Of a stretch of 64,000 nt of DNA, positions 48,139-58,624 are shown one piece after another. A program made the position numbers and the translations under genes. The stretch is from contig JAVKJW010000003.1 of assembly GCA_031458695.1 (NCBI GenBank), positions 32,001-96,000 of the forward strand, read 5' to 3'. The notes beneath the pieces were generated by a model, which saw nothing but the letters and a program-made list of their open reading frames with translations, searched no databases and was not told where the DNA came from. The stretch is from Candidatus Thermofontivivens primus. Lineage in GTDB: Bacteria; Sysuimicrobiota; Sysuimicrobiia; Sysuimicrobiales; Thermofontiviventaceae. Each line of letters starts with the position of its first letter. Position 1 is the first letter of the stretch.

Positions 48139-49315
48139 GGTGAGACTTGTCCGTGGAAATGTAGCGTGTGCGCGCGCGGCCATTGCTGCGGGATGCCGGT
48201 TCTATGCAGGCTACCCTATCACCCCTTCCTCGGAGATCGCCGAGGAGATGGCGGCTCTCCTTCCCAAAGTGGGAGGGGTGTTCGTGCAGATGGAGGACGA
48301 GATTGCAAGCCTCGCCGCGTGCATTGGGGCCTCCATTGGCGGGTTGCTGGCGATGACCGCAACGAGCGGACCAGGGTTCTCCTTGATGCAGGAGCACCTG
48401 GGGTTCGCCGCACTTGCGGAGATCCCATGCGTGGTGGTTGATGTCATGCGTCTGGGCCCGAGCACGGGCCTTCCCACAGCCCCTTCCCAAGGGGATGTCT
48501 ATCAGGCGCGCTGGGGGACCCACGGCGATCGTCCTAGCATCGTGCTGGCCCCTGCCTCGGTGCGGGAGGTCTACGATCTTACTATCCGCGCCTTCCAGCT
48601 CTCCGAGCGATTCAGGACGCCGGTCATCCTCCTCTATGATGAGGTTGTAGGACACATGATGGAGCCAATGGAGCTTCCCTCCTTGGAGGGGATGGGGCCT
48701 GTTCGGAGAGCGAACCCAGTGGATCTTCCTAAAGACTACCTTCCCTATGCAGCAGACGAAGACGGGGTGCCTCCTCTTGTGAGCTTCGGGAGCGGAGTGA
48801 GGTATCATATCACAGGTCTCATCCACGACGAGTCCGGCTTCCCCACCCAGGACCCGGCGAAGGTCTCCTCCCTTCTGCGGCGCCTCCACGAGAAGATCTC
48901 CAGGAACCTCCACGAGATCGTCTCGGTCGAGCCGTTCCTCCTGGAGGACGCCGAGGTCGCTGTCTTCGCGTACGGGATCGTGGCCCGGGCCGCACGTGAG
49001 GCGGTGCAGGAGGCTCGGGCGAGGGGGATGCGTGTGGGACTGCTACGGTCCAGTGTCCTGTGGCCCTTTCCGGAGGACGCCGTCCGGGAAGTCGCCCGGA
49101 CCGTGCGGGCAATCGTCGTTGCGGAGATGAACCTGGGGCAGATGGTCTACGAAGTAGAGCGAGCAGCAGGGGGTAGGGCGGAAGTTGTGGGATGCTTCCA
49201 GGTTGATGGGAGGCCCATCTCCCCAGAGACTATCCTGGATGCCGTTTCCACACTCTGTGCCCATCCATCCCCCTCGGGGAAGTCCAAGGGTGGCAGGCTC
49301 AAGGAGGGGAACTAG
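48131..49315 (+). CDS. korA: 2-oxoacid (2-oxoglutarate-type):ferredoxin oxidoreductase alpha subunit
   Basis: AGYPITPSSE, QMEDEIAS, ATSGPGFSLMQE, GPSTGLPT, EMNLGQ. Confidence 0.88.
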   Translation: MGRVRLVRGNVACARAAIAAGCRFYAGYPITPSSEIAEEMAALLPKVGGVFVQMEDEIASLAACIGASIGGLLAMTATSGPGFSLMQEHLGFAALAEIPCVVVDVMRLGPSTGLPTAPSQGDVYQARWGTHGDRPSIVLAPASVREVYDLTIRAFQLSERFRTPVILLYDEVVGHMMEPMELPSLEGMGPVRRANPVDLPKDYLPYAADEDGVPPLVSFGSGVRYHITGLIHDESGFPTQDPAKVSSLLRRLHEKISRNLHEIVSVEPFLLEDAEVAVFAYGIVARAAREAVQEARARGMRVGLLRSSVLWPFPEDAVREVARTVRAIVVAEMNLGQMVYEVERAAGGRAEVVGCFQVDGRPISPETILDAVSTLCAHPSPSGKSKGGRLKEGN

Positions 49316-49316
49316 G

Positions 49317-50159
49317 ATGATCCCCGATGTACGCACATACCTTCGCCCCGCACGCATGCCCCACATCCTCTGCCCTGGGTGTGGGCATGGGATTGTCCTG
49401 GGGGCGTTGCTGCGAGCGTTCCACCGCCTGCGCCTGAACCCCGACCAGATTGCCCTTGTGGCCGGAATCGGCTGCAGCAGCCGGCTCGTAGGATACGTCG
49501 ACGTGTGCACCCTCCACACCACCCACGGTCGTGCGCTCGCCTTTGCCACAGGCTTGAAGCTCGCCCGACCGGAACTGACAGTGGTTGTGCTCACGGGAGA
49601 TGGAGATGGCCTGGGGATCGGAGGGAACCACCTCATCCATGCAGCCAGGCGGAATATCGATCTCACCTGCATCCTGTTCAACAACGCGGTCTATGGGATG
49701 ACCGGAGGGCAGCTTGCCCCCACGACTCCCCAGGAAGGGGTTGCCTCGACCGCGCCTTACGGGAATATCGAGCCTCCCTTCGATAGCTGCAAGCTCATGA
49801 TGGGAGCTGGAGCGACGTTCGTGGCGAGGGGACTTGCCTACGAACCACTCGCCCTCGAGGAGATGATCGCCCGGGGGCTTGTGCATCGGGGGTTTAGCTT
49901 CATCGAGGTCATCACCGATTGCCCGGAGTACTACGGGCGGTACAACCAGCTGGGAAAGGGGCCAGAGATGCTCATGAGCCAGAAGCGCCGTACTATGGAT
50001 ATCATGGAGATCCTGGCGACCAAACGCTTCGTGGTCCGTGACCGTCCAGAGGTAAGAGCGTGGAACCTACCGTACCGCTTGGGCATCTTGCATGAGGAGG
50101 AGAGGCCGGAATTCTCCCAGGTATGCTGGCAGATGGTCGCCGGGAGGGAGATGGTATGA
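49317..50159 (+). CDS. korB: 2-oxoacid:ferredoxin oxidoreductase beta subunit (TPP)
   Basis: CPGCG, GIGCS, GDGD...NN, YGMTGGQ. Confidence 0.88.
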   Translation: MIPDVRTYLRPARMPHILCPGCGHGIVLGALLRAFHRLRLNPDQIALVAGIGCSSRLVGYVDVCTLHTTHGRALAFATGLKLARPELTVVVLTGDGDGLGIGGNHLIHAARRNIDLTCILFNNAVYGMTGGQLAPTTPQEGVASTAPYGNIEPPFDSCKLMMGAGATFVARGLAYEPLALEEMIARGLVHRGFSFIEVITDCPEYYGRYNQLGKGPEMLMSQKRRTMDIMEILATKRFVVRDRPEVRAWNLPYRLGILHEEERPEFSQVCWQMVAGREMV

Positions 50160-50716
50160 GGATGGAGATCCGTCTCGCTGGCGCGGGAGGACAGGGGATT
50201 GTGCTCGCTAGCATGATCCTGGGGGAGGCCGCGTTGTTGGAGGGGAAGAAGGCGGCCTGTTTTCATGCCTACGGGCCTGAATCGCGGGGAGGGGCGAGCC
50301 GGGCGGACGTGATCATCTCCCAGGAAGCAATCGAATACCCCGTGGCCAGAAATGTAGACCTTCTCCTGGCGCTCACGCAGGAAGCCTGTACGCAGTTCTG
50401 GAAGGATCTCAGGCCTTCGGGGATGCTCATCGTGGATGGATCCAGTGTCCCTTCGGTCCCTCATGGAGAGTCTGCCGTCTACGTTCTCCCCATTGTGGAG
50501 GTGGCGCGGAGGACCCTGGGGACATCGGTCCCGGCCAACGTAGTGGCACTCGGGGCGATCTCCGCCTTGACAGGGGTGGTGGGCGAGGAGGCGCTGGAGG
50601 AAGCGATTGCATCACGAATACGTCCTGGAGCGCTCCAGCACAATCTCCGGGCGCTCCGGATTGGGTTTGAGCTCGCACGGGGCGTGCGGGAAAGCACCCC
50701 GGCGAAAGTCTTTTGA
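50156..50716 (+). CDS. korC: 2-oxoacid:ferredoxin oxidoreductase gamma subunit
   Basis: GAGGQG, YGPESRGGAS, NVVALG. Confidence 0.88.
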   Translation: MRMEIRLAGAGGQGIVLASMILGEAALLEGKKAACFHAYGPESRGGASRADVIISQEAIEYPVARNVDLLLALTQEACTQFWKDLRPSGMLIVDGSSVPSVPHGESAVYVLPIVEVARRTLGTSVPANVVALGAISALTGVVGEEALEEAIASRIRPGALQHNLRALRIGFELARGVRESTPAKVF

Positions 50717-50800
50717 CCTTTACCGGTCCATCTCAGGAATCACGGGTCCTCAGCAACATCTCGCTGAGAGATTTTGCGAGGGCCGCGAGGGAGTGAGGGC

Positions 50801-51460
50801 ATGATGTCGGACCACCAGGGAATGGAGGGCCAAGGGCTGCACGAGGGGAACACGCGAGAGAGGATCCTGCGGGCTGCGGCGTTCCTCTTTCGGAAAAAGG
50901 GGTTCAAGGGCACAAGCATGCGGGAGATCGCCGAGATTGTGGGGATCAACAAGAGCAGTCTCTATCATCATATCCGGGGGAAACAAGCCCTTCTCTTTGA
51001 GATCCTCCAACACACCGTGGACAAAGCAATCGGTAGGTTGGAGAAGATCGCCAGAAGCGACCTCCCTCCGTCAGAACGCCTCCGCTTGGCCGTGGAGAAC
51101 CATGTGACCCACCTCATTGAGGACCTGGACAATGTCGCTTGCTTCATTGAGGAGGGGAAAGCGCTTAGTCCAGACCGGATGCGAGCGTATATCGTCAAGC
51201 GGGACCGCTACGAAGGGTTCTTCCGGGAGATCATCGCGGAGGGGATCCGGGTGGGGGAGTTCCGCCCCGCAGATGTGAAGCTCATAGGGTTCGCTGTGCT
51301 AGGGATGTGCAACTGGGTTGCTCGCTGGTACCGGCCTAACGGGGGATACACTGGGGAAGAGATCGCTCGACAATTCTCAGAGTTTGCCCTACGGGGGATC
51401 CTCCAGACCCTTCCCCGGGAGACGGCTCTGATGAAGAGTGGAAGCTCGGAAAGGAACTGA
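50801..51460 (+). CDS. TetR-family regulator (KstR2/PaaR-like, probably acyl-CoA sensing)
   Basis: SMREIAEIVGINKSSLYHH HTH; LGMCNWVARWYRPNG C-terminus. Confidence 0.9.
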   Translation: MMSDHQGMEGQGLHEGNTRERILRAAAFLFRKKGFKGTSMREIAEIVGINKSSLYHHIRGKQALLFEILQHTVDKAIGRLEKIARSDLPPSERLRLAVENHVTHLIEDLDNVACFIEEGKALSPDRMRAYIVKRDRYEGFFREIIAEGIRVGEFRPADVKLIGFAVLGMCNWVARWYRPNGGYTGEEIARQFSEFALRGILQTLPRETALMKSGSSERN

Positions 51461-51544
51461 GGGGCAGAGGAGCAAGCACGTGATCGCGGTTACTTCTGAC
51501 TCCTTAACACGTTATTTCGATCAAATCCAGAGGGGGGTGGATGA

Positions 51545-52765
51545 ATGCGTACGCGAGGCATCAAAGCTGCGATCCTGGCGGCGACGCTGCTTGTGACAGT
51601 CCCGCTGTGGGCGGGGCCAGCCCGAGTGGGTACTCCCTACAAGATCGGGTTCATCGCCTCGATCACCGGTCCTGGGGCGAGCTTGGGGAAACCGGAGCGT
51701 GATGTGGCGCGCTTGATGCAGGAGCGCCTCAACCGCGAGGGCGGAATCGTGGGCACCGACGGTGTACGCCACGAGGTGCAGATCCTCATCAACGACGACC
51801 AGAGCCGTGCCGATACCGCAGCCAGCTTGGCCCGGCGGCTCATCGAGCAGGAGCAGGTCCACGTGCTCGTGGCCGGCACCCTCAGTGGCCCGAGCCTCGC
51901 CATGGTGCCCATCGCCACCGAGCTGCGCACTCCGATGATCTCCATGGCCTCGGCGCGCGCCATTATCGAGGACCCCGAGACCAAGCGCATGCGGCCGTGG
52001 ATCTTCAAGCCTGTGCCCGAGAATTTGCACTCTGCAGCCAAGCAGGCCGAGTACCTGAAGGCCATAGGCATCACCGGGGTCTGCCACCTTTATGAAAATA
52101 CCGCCTACGGGAAGGACACCTTCGAGAGCGCAAAGGTGGAGTTCGGCAAGGTAGGGATCCGCATCTTGTATGGCGACTCCTTCGACCGGTTCGCCACTGA
52201 GTTTCCGCAGGTCACGCGGGTGCGGGCGAGCGGGTGCAAGGCGGTGGTAATTGGGTCTATCCCGCCTGCCGCTGCTGTCATCAACGTGGCCGTTGCCGGG
52301 AGGGTGGGCCTGCGGAAAATCGTGCACGGGCACGGTGCGTGCAGCCCTGATCTGATCCGCACAGCGGGGGCGGCCGCAGAGGGGACGGTGATGCCCTGCG
52401 GCAAGATCTTGGTCGCAGACCAGCTCCCCGCCACGGACCCTGTGCGTCGCGTCAACCTGGAGTTGATCCAAGAGTACACGCGCATCACGGGCGGGGATCC
52501 CATCAGCACCTTCGCGGGGCACGCCTATGATGCGCTTCAGTGGGCTCTTCTGGCCCTACGGGAAGTGCCCGACGGTCTCCCCCTGGCCAGGGTGCGCGAG
52601 GCTGTGCGGGAGGCGCTGGAGGGCAAGATCAAGAACTACGTGGGAACTCACGGGGTGATGACGCTGAGCCCTGAAGATCACCTTGGGTTCAACCCCAAGG
52701 ACTTCGTCATCGTCACCGTCCGGGGAGGAAGGTTCGTCATCCTGCCGCGCGAGCAGTGGAAGTAG
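51545..52765 (+). CDS. Liv-type ABC substrate-binding protein
   Basis: Signal peptide, SITGPGASLG, FAGHAYDA, EDHLG. Confidence 0.88.
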   Translation: MRTRGIKAAILAATLLVTVPLWAGPARVGTPYKIGFIASITGPGASLGKPERDVARLMQERLNREGGIVGTDGVRHEVQILINDDQSRADTAASLARRLIEQEQVHVLVAGTLSGPSLAMVPIATELRTPMISMASARAIIEDPETKRMRPWIFKPVPENLHSAAKQAEYLKAIGITGVCHLYENTAYGKDTFESAKVEFGKVGIRILYGDSFDRFATEFPQVTRVRASGCKAVVIGSIPPAAAVINVAVAGRVGLRKIVHGHGACSPDLIRTAGAAAEGTVMPCGKILVADQLPATDPVRRVNLELIQEYTRITGGDPISTFAGHAYDALQWALLALREVPDGLPLARVREAVREALEGKIKNYVGTHGVMTLSPEDHLGFNPKDFVIVTVRGGRFVILPREQWK

Positions 52766-52768
52766 GCC

Positions 52769-53830
52769 ATGTCCGAGCAGGGACTGCAGACGACAACAGG
52801 CGACCGGGGGATCCTACTGAGGCCAACCCGGGCGTCCCTGCAGCGCTTTGGGCGACAGGCAGCTCTGGTGGCGGTGATAGTGCTTGTGGGATTGTTCCTC
52901 GTGGGCATGGGGCACCGGGTTGGCTATGGTGCGGCGGATTATCTCCAGCTCCTGGTGGATGGATTGCAGATTGGGGCGGTGTACGCCCTGGTCGCCCTGG
53001 GGTTCGTGGTGGTGTACCGGGTCACCGGTGTCATCAACTTCGCCCAGGGTGCCTTCGTCATGCTCGGGCCCATGCTCACCATCACCCTATTCGGGAGCCT
53101 TTCTGGGAGCCCTGTCTTTCGCTTGGTGGTTTCCGCGCTCGGGGCGGTGCTCTTTGTGGCGGCTGTGGGGATGGCCATCCACCGGCTGACCCTACACCCT
53201 GCGCGGAAGGCCTCCGCGCTCACCCGGATCATCATCACCGTGGGGGTTTACATCTCCGTCCAAGGGATTGCGCTCATCGCTTGGGGACCGAGGCCCTACG
53301 TCCTTCCTGCCTTCACCACCCTCCAGATGGTCGACCGTCTGGTGGAGGTGGGCAGCATTATCATCCAGGCCCAGACCTTCTGGATCTGGGGGGTTGCCGT
53401 GGCGATGCTGGTCCTTCTGGCGCTGTTTTTTGAGCGTACTGTGGTGGGCAAGGCCATGCGGGCCTGCGCCGTCAACCGCATAGCAGCGCAGCTTATGGGG
53501 ATCCGGGTTGATCGGATGGCAACGCTAGCCTTCGGATTGGCAGCCGTGCTAGGGGCAGTGGCCGGGATCGTCCTGAGCCCGGCCACCCGCCCCACTTATG
53601 ACATGGGACTGGAACTGGGCTTGAAGGGATTTGTGGCGGCCATCATGGGAGGGCTCGTGAGCTTTCCCGGCGCCGTCGTGGGCGGCATTGCCCTGGGTAT
53701 TTTGGAGAGCCTGTGGGGAGGCGTCACCCTCGCGGGGTTCAAGGACCTGTTTGCCTTCCTCATGCTCATCCTCTCGTTGCTCTTCTGGCCCCAGGGCATC
53801 CTGGCGGGAAAGGGGGAGGGGGGTTCCTGA
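52769..53830 (+). CDS. livH: Liv-type ABC permease
   Basis: YALVALG, INFAQG, LKGFVAAIMGG. Confidence 0.9.
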   Translation: MSEQGLQTTTGDRGILLRPTRASLQRFGRQAALVAVIVLVGLFLVGMGHRVGYGAADYLQLLVDGLQIGAVYALVALGFVVVYRVTGVINFAQGAFVMLGPMLTITLFGSLSGSPVFRLVVSALGAVLFVAAVGMAIHRLTLHPARKASALTRIIITVGVYISVQGIALIAWGPRPYVLPAFTTLQMVDRLVEVGSIIIQAQTFWIWGVAVAMLVLLALFFERTVVGKAMRACAVNRIAAQLMGIRVDRMATLAFGLAAVLGAVAGIVLSPATRPTYDMGLELGLKGFVAAIMGGLVSFPGAVVGGIALGILESLWGGVTLAGFKDLFAFLMLILSLLFWPQGILAGKGEGGS

Positions 53831-54891
53831 TGCGAAAGGGGTCCCCAGATACTTGGGCGTTCGCCGGTGCGGTGGGTGTGGTGCTCCTCCTGGGATGGCT
53901 AGAGCTCAGAAGGCCAGGAGGGGTGTCGATCGCGCGCATCAGCGGCGGGCTCCTCACCATTGACCTATTGATCCGTGCAGGCATCTTCACCATCATCCTC
54001 GTCGGCCTCAACCTCTTGATGGGCTATGCTGGCCAGGTCTCCTTGGGCCAGGCGGCCTTTTACGGGATGGGCGCCTACTTCTCCGCCATCCTCACCGTCA
54101 AGGCGGCGGTGCTGGGGATCTCTCCTGCTGTAGCCAGGGCGTGGTGGTGGCCCTGGTTTGTGATGGGGGGTGCAGCCGTCCTGGTAGGAGTGTTTAGCTT
54201 CCTCATCGGGTGGGTGATCCTGCGGTTGCGGGGCCACTACTTGGCCATGGCTACGTTGGGCCTCGGCATCATGGTGTACATCGTCTTGCGGGAGAATTTG
54301 GGGATCCCCCAGCTCAACCTCACAGGAGGTTTTGACGGCATTGTGGATATCCCCCGACTCCACCTTGGGGCATTTGCCCTATGGCCAGAGTCTCGGTACT
54401 ACTTCCTGGTGTGGGCGGTAGCGCTTGCCACGATTGTCTTGGGATTGAACGTCGTCCACTCCCCGGTGGGGCGGGCACTGCGGGCCATTCACGGGAGCGA
54501 GGCAGCCGCGGAGAGTGTAGGGATCGTGGTTCCCCTGCTCAAGGCGCAGATTTTTGCGTTGAGCGCATCCCTGGCCTCGCTGGCCGGGAGCCTCTATGCC
54601 CACTTCCAGGCGGCGGTGGTGCCTGACACCTTTGGGTTTGTCCCCTCCCTCGAGCTCGTAGTCATGTCCGCCATTGGCGGCATGGCCAGCATTTGGGGGG
54701 CTCCCTTAGGCGTGCTGGCCGTGCTGCTCATCCAGGAGCTGTTGCGCACCCACGTCCTGGGGCTTATTCCTGCGGTGACAGCCGAGATGGAGCCGGTGAT
54801 CTTCGGGGCGCTCCTTGTGCTCATCATGATGTTCTGGCCTGGCGGGCTCGTCAGTAGCCGCCGGAGGCGCCCAGTGTGGGGGGAGCGGTGA
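53830..54891 (+). CDS. livM: Liv-type ABC permease
   Basis: GYAGQVSLGQAAF, LRGHYLAMATL, SPVGRALRAI. Confidence 0.9.
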   Translation: MRKGSPDTWAFAGAVGVVLLLGWLELRRPGGVSIARISGGLLTIDLLIRAGIFTIILVGLNLLMGYAGQVSLGQAAFYGMGAYFSAILTVKAAVLGISPAVARAWWWPWFVMGGAAVLVGVFSFLIGWVILRLRGHYLAMATLGLGIMVYIVLRENLGIPQLNLTGGFDGIVDIPRLHLGAFALWPESRYYFLVWAVALATIVLGLNVVHSPVGRALRAIHGSEAAAESVGIVVPLLKAQIFALSASLASLAGSLYAHFQAAVVPDTFGFVPSLELVVMSAIGGMASIWGAPLGVLAVLLIQELLRTHVLGLIPAVTAEMEPVIFGALLVLIMMFWPGGLVSSRRRRPVWGER

Positions 54892-55664
54892 TGGACGCAC
54901 TCCTCGAGGTGCGTGAGGTCAGCAAGTCCTTCGACGGGCTCGTTGCCCTGGCGGAGGTGACGCTTTGTATCCACCCAGGGCAGATCAAAGGGCTCATCGG
55001 GCCCAACGGGGCTGGGAAGACCACGCTCTTTAACCTCATTGCGGGAACCTTAGTGCCTACTGCAGGAGATATCCGCTTCCGGGGCCAGTCCATCGTTGGC
55101 CTTCCACCATACCGCATCGCGCACCTGGGCATCTCCCGCACCTTCCAGAACGTGCAGATTTTCCCTGGGATGACCGTCCTCGAGCACGTGCTTGTGGGGC
55201 TACACCGCTATACCCTAAGCGGGGTGCTCGCCGCTGCCGCGCGCACGAGGAGGATCAAGGGGACCGAGGCCGCGCTGCGCGAGAGGGCTTGCGCTCTCCT
55301 GGACAAGCTGGGTCTCGCGGCGTGGGCGGATACACCTGTGGACAGCTTGCCCTTTGGACTCCAACGGATGGTGGAGCTGGCGCGGGCGCTGGCTACCTCC
55401 CCACAGCTTTTGCTCCTCGACGAACCTGGAGCTGGGCTGAACCCCACCGAGAAGGCTGCCGTCAGCCAGTTGATCCGCAAGATACGGGACGAAGGGGTGA
55501 CCGTCTTCCTGGTCGAGCACGACATGCAGATGATGATGGGGCTTGCTGATGAAGTGGCTGTGCTGGATCACGGGATGCTGCTGGCGGAGGGGCCGCCAGT
55601 AGAGGTCCAGCGCGACCCGCAGGTGATCGCCGCGTACCTGGGGGAGGCTGACGATGTTGCTTGA
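54891..55664 (+). CDS. livG: Liv-type ABC ATPase
   Basis: [24 protein letters not shown]. Confidence 0.92.
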   Translation: MDALLEVREVSKSFDGLVALAEVTLCIHPGQIKGLIGPNGAGKTTLFNLIAGTLVPTAGDIRFRGQSIVGLPPYRIAHLGISRTFQNVQIFPGMTVLEHVLVGLHRYTLSGVLAAAARTRRIKGTEAALRERACALLDKLGLAAWADTPVDSLPFGLQRMVELARALATSPQLLLLDEPGAGLNPTEKAAVSQLIRKIRDEGVTVFLVEHDMQMMMGLADEVAVLDHGMLLAEGPPVEVQRDPQVIAAYLGEADDVA

Positions 55665-56406
55665 GGTGCAAGAACTCCAGGCTGGGTACGGGCGCTTGCA
55701 GGTCCTCCACGGGGTGACGCTTTCGGTTCCTCCGGGGAGCGTCGCCGCCGTGATCGGGGCCAATGGCGCAGGGAAGACCACGTTGCTGCGCGCCATCTCC
55801 GGGCTCCTTTGTCCTACATCCGGCCGGGTGGCCTTCGACGGGCAGGTCATCACAGGTTGGCCTCCCGAGCGCATTGTGGAGTGCGGCATCGTCCATGTAC
55901 CCGAGCGTCGGCAGCTGTTTGGCTCCATGCGAGTGGAGGACAATCTTTTGCTAGGAGCCTATCTGCGCTTGCGCAGGGAGCCATGGAGGGCTATCCAGGC
56001 GGATCTGGAGCGCGTGTACGATCTCTTTCCCAGGCTGCGCGAGCGGCGGCGGCAGGTGGCCGCGACGCTGTCTGGAGGCGAGCAACAGATGGTGGCCATT
56101 GGGCGTGCGTTGATGGCGCGCCCGAGGCTCTTGCTCCTGGACGAGCCCTCGCTCGGGCTGGCTCCGCTCCTGGTGCGGGAGTTCTTCCGGGTAGTCGAGG
56201 AGCTGCGGGCCCAAGGGTATACCATCCTGCTGGTGGAGCAGAACGCCCGGCAGGCCCTGCGCGTCGCCGACGTGGCTTACGTCATGGAGACTGGCCGCAT
56301 TACCACACAGGGCCTTGGCCGCGAGCTCCTGAACGTTCCGGAAGTCCAGGCGGCGTACCTCGGAATGGACGCGGGCCAAGCGAGGGAGTTGACTGTGATG
56401 AAGTGA
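55654..56406 (+). CDS. livF: Liv-type ABC ATPase
   Basis: [28 protein letters not shown]. Confidence 0.92.
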   Translation: MLLEVQELQAGYGRLQVLHGVTLSVPPGSVAAVIGANGAGKTTLLRAISGLLCPTSGRVAFDGQVITGWPPERIVECGIVHVPERRQLFGSMRVEDNLLLGAYLRLRREPWRAIQADLERVYDLFPRLRERRRQVAATLSGGEQQMVAIGRALMARPRLLLLDEPSLGLAPLLVREFFRVVEELRAQGYTILLVEQNARQALRVADVAYVMETGRITTQGLGRELLNVPEVQAAYLGMDAGQARELTVMK

Positions 56407-56463
56407 CAAAGTGACAGGGTGAGAAGGTAACACGTGACTACGCAGGATGGGAAGGGGTCCCTG

Positions 56464-57696
56464 ATGGGGAAGGTGCTGGAGGGCATCCGGGTGTTGGACC
56501 TTACCCAAGGAGCGGCTGGCCCTGTGTGCACACAGCTTCTGGGAGACTTCGGCGCCGATGTGATCAAGATCGAGCCCCCGGAAGGGGATTGGGGAAGAGG
56601 TCTCGGGCCGCCGTTTATTCGTCTCAGGGGAGGGACAGGCAAAGCCGTTGCTGCTGCATATGTGGGGATGAACCGCAACAAGCGCAGCATCGTGGTAGAC
56701 CTGAAACGACCAGGAGGGAGGGAGGTGATCCACCGCCTGGTTCATGGCGCGGACGTGTTCGTGGAGAGCTTCCGCCCGGGAGTGGCCGCCCGCCTGGGGA
56801 TCGACGATCGCACGTTACTGGATATTAACCCTAGGCTGGTCTACTGCGCGATCTCCGCGTTCGGCCAGAAGGGACCGTGGCGGGACAAACCTGGTGTGGA
56901 TGGGGTCGTCCAGGCGATGAGCGGGCTGATGAGCGTGACAGGGACTGAGGAGGGGCCGCCTGTCAAGGTAGGAGTTCCTGCTGCGGACATGGTGGGAGGG
57001 TTCCTGGCTGCGATAGGGATCCTCCTCGCGCTCCTGGCAAGGGAGCGAACCCAAAAGGGGCAGAAGGTCGACCTCGCCCTTCTCAATGCCCTCCTCGCAT
57101 TTCAGACCGTTCCGCTCGCGATGTACCTCGCATCCGGGGAACCTCCGAAGCGCATGGGAAGCGCCGCGCCCTATGCAGCCCCGAACGAGGCTTTCCCCAC
57201 GAAGGACGGGTATATTATGGTGGCGGCTTATTCTCCGGAGCGGTGGCGGAAGTTGTGCGAGGTGCTGGGATGTCCCGACCTCGCCAACGACCCACGGTTC
57301 CAGGACAACGAGGGGCGGGTGCGGAACCGTGGGGCGCTCCAGGAGACGCTTGCGCCCATTTTCCGCCAACGGACGACGAACGAGTGGGTGCGCATCCTGG
57401 AGGACGCGGATATTCTCTGCGGTCCCATCCTGGACTATCCGCAACTGGTCTCCCAGCTTCAGGTCAGGACAAACGAGATGATCGTGGAGTTGTTCCATCC
57501 TGAGATGGGGACGGCCGCCAGCGTGGGGATCCCCATCAAGCTTACAGAGACCCCAGGTACGATCCGGCGACCTCCTCCTCTGCCGGGGGAGCACACTTTG
57601 GAGATTCTCCGGGAGGCAGGGTTCAGCGACGTGGAGATCGAGGAGCTTGCTCGGAACGGGGTGATCCACATCTGGAGAACAAACGTGGAGGTGTGA
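56464..57696 (+). CDS. Family III CoA-transferase (CaiB/BaiF)
   Basis: GIRVLDLT, GADVIKIEPP, NRNKRS, FRPG, PAADMVGG, PLPGEHT. Confidence 0.92.
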   Translation: MGKVLEGIRVLDLTQGAAGPVCTQLLGDFGADVIKIEPPEGDWGRGLGPPFIRLRGGTGKAVAAAYVGMNRNKRSIVVDLKRPGGREVIHRLVHGADVFVESFRPGVAARLGIDDRTLLDINPRLVYCAISAFGQKGPWRDKPGVDGVVQAMSGLMSVTGTEEGPPVKVGVPAADMVGGFLAAIGILLALLARERTQKGQKVDLALLNALLAFQTVPLAMYLASGEPPKRMGSAAPYAAPNEAFPTKDGYIMVAAYSPERWRKLCEVLGCPDLANDPRFQDNEGRVRNRGALQETLAPIFRQRTTNEWVRILEDADILCGPILDYPQLVSQLQVRTNEMIVELFHPEMGTAASVGIPIKLTETPGTIRRPPPLPGEHTLEILREAGFSDVEIEELARNGVIHIWRTNVEV

Positions 57697-57699
57697 ACC

Positions 57700-58485
57700 A
57701 TGGGAGAACCAGTCCTCTATTCCCAGGAGGAGGCGGTGGGAGTCATCACCCTCAACCGTCCCGAGGCACTCAACGCCCTGACGGTGGAGATGCTTGACCT
57801 TCTCGACACGTACCTCGACAAGGTGGAGGGAGATGGGACGGTGCGATCCGTAATTCTTACGGGGGCGGGCGAGAAAGCCTTCTGCGTTGGTGCTGATCTC
57901 AAGGCACGTATGCAGGAGTATGAGGAGGCTGTTGCCGAGGATCCCATGGCCATTCGTGTCCGTCGCATCTTCCGCCGTATCGAGACCATCGGAAAGCCAT
58001 TCATTGCCGCTATCCATGGCTATGCGTTAGGAGGCGGGCTAGAGCTTGCCCTAGCCTGTGATTTGCGGGTTGCCTCGGAGGCAGCGAAGTTTGGGTTCCC
58101 CGAAGCAAACGTGGGGAGCATGCCCGGGGCAGGGGGGACGCAAAGACTGGCACGGCTCGTTGGCCCTGCCAAGGCCAAGGAACTCATGTTCACGGGGGAG
58201 CGCATTGACGCCCAGGAGGCCTATCGCATTGGGCTCGTGAATAGAGTCGCTCCCGTGGATCGCTACCTGGAGGAGGCGAAGTCCCTAGCCCAGACTATGG
58301 CGCACAAAGCGCCCTTGTCGATCCGCTACATCAAGATGGCTGTGAACCTAAGCCAGGACGTGGACCTGGAGACGGGGCTAGCATTTGAGCAGAACTGTCA
58401 CGCTATCCTCCGGCACAGTGAGGATCGCAAGGAAGGGATCAAGGCGTTCCTGGAAAAGCGGGAGCCGCACTTTATAGGGAGATAA
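57700..58485 (+). CDS. Enoyl-CoA hydratase (crotonase; candidate BbsH analogue)
   Basis: [32 protein letters not shown]; both catalytic Glu present. Confidence 0.9.
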   Translation: MGEPVLYSQEEAVGVITLNRPEALNALTVEMLDLLDTYLDKVEGDGTVRSVILTGAGEKAFCVGADLKARMQEYEEAVAEDPMAIRVRRIFRRIETIGKPFIAAIHGYALGGGLELALACDLRVASEAAKFGFPEANVGSMPGAGGTQRLARLVGPAKAKELMFTGERIDAQEAYRIGLVNRVAPVDRYLEEAKSLAQTMAHKAPLSIRYIKMAVNLSQDVDLETGLAFEQNCHAILRHSEDRKEGIKAFLEKREPHFIGR

Positions 58486-58493
58486 CCAGACCA

Positions 58494-58538
58494 CGTTTAT
58501 CGCGTTTGTTGCGTTTATCGCGTTTATTGCGTATGTGG
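58494..58538 (+). repeat. Intergenic 9-bp tandem repeat x5
   Basis: CGTTTATCG CGTTTGTTG CGTTTATCG CGTTTATTG CGTATGTGG. Confidence 0.8.
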
Positions 58539-58624
58539 CGCCGATACCTCATAGATGATTCTATGATGATTTGACGCAATAAGCCGCAATGGGCGGCAAT
58601 CTAGTACAGCGGGAGGGATTTATC

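Noticed and set aside
11872..58017. Long antisense or alternate-frame ORFs (e.g. 11872-12933, 17135-18175, 18031-19257, 21785-22765, 51521-52522, 56815-58017)
   Set aside because: Shadows of well-supported genes in GC-rich DNA, with no recognisable motifs.
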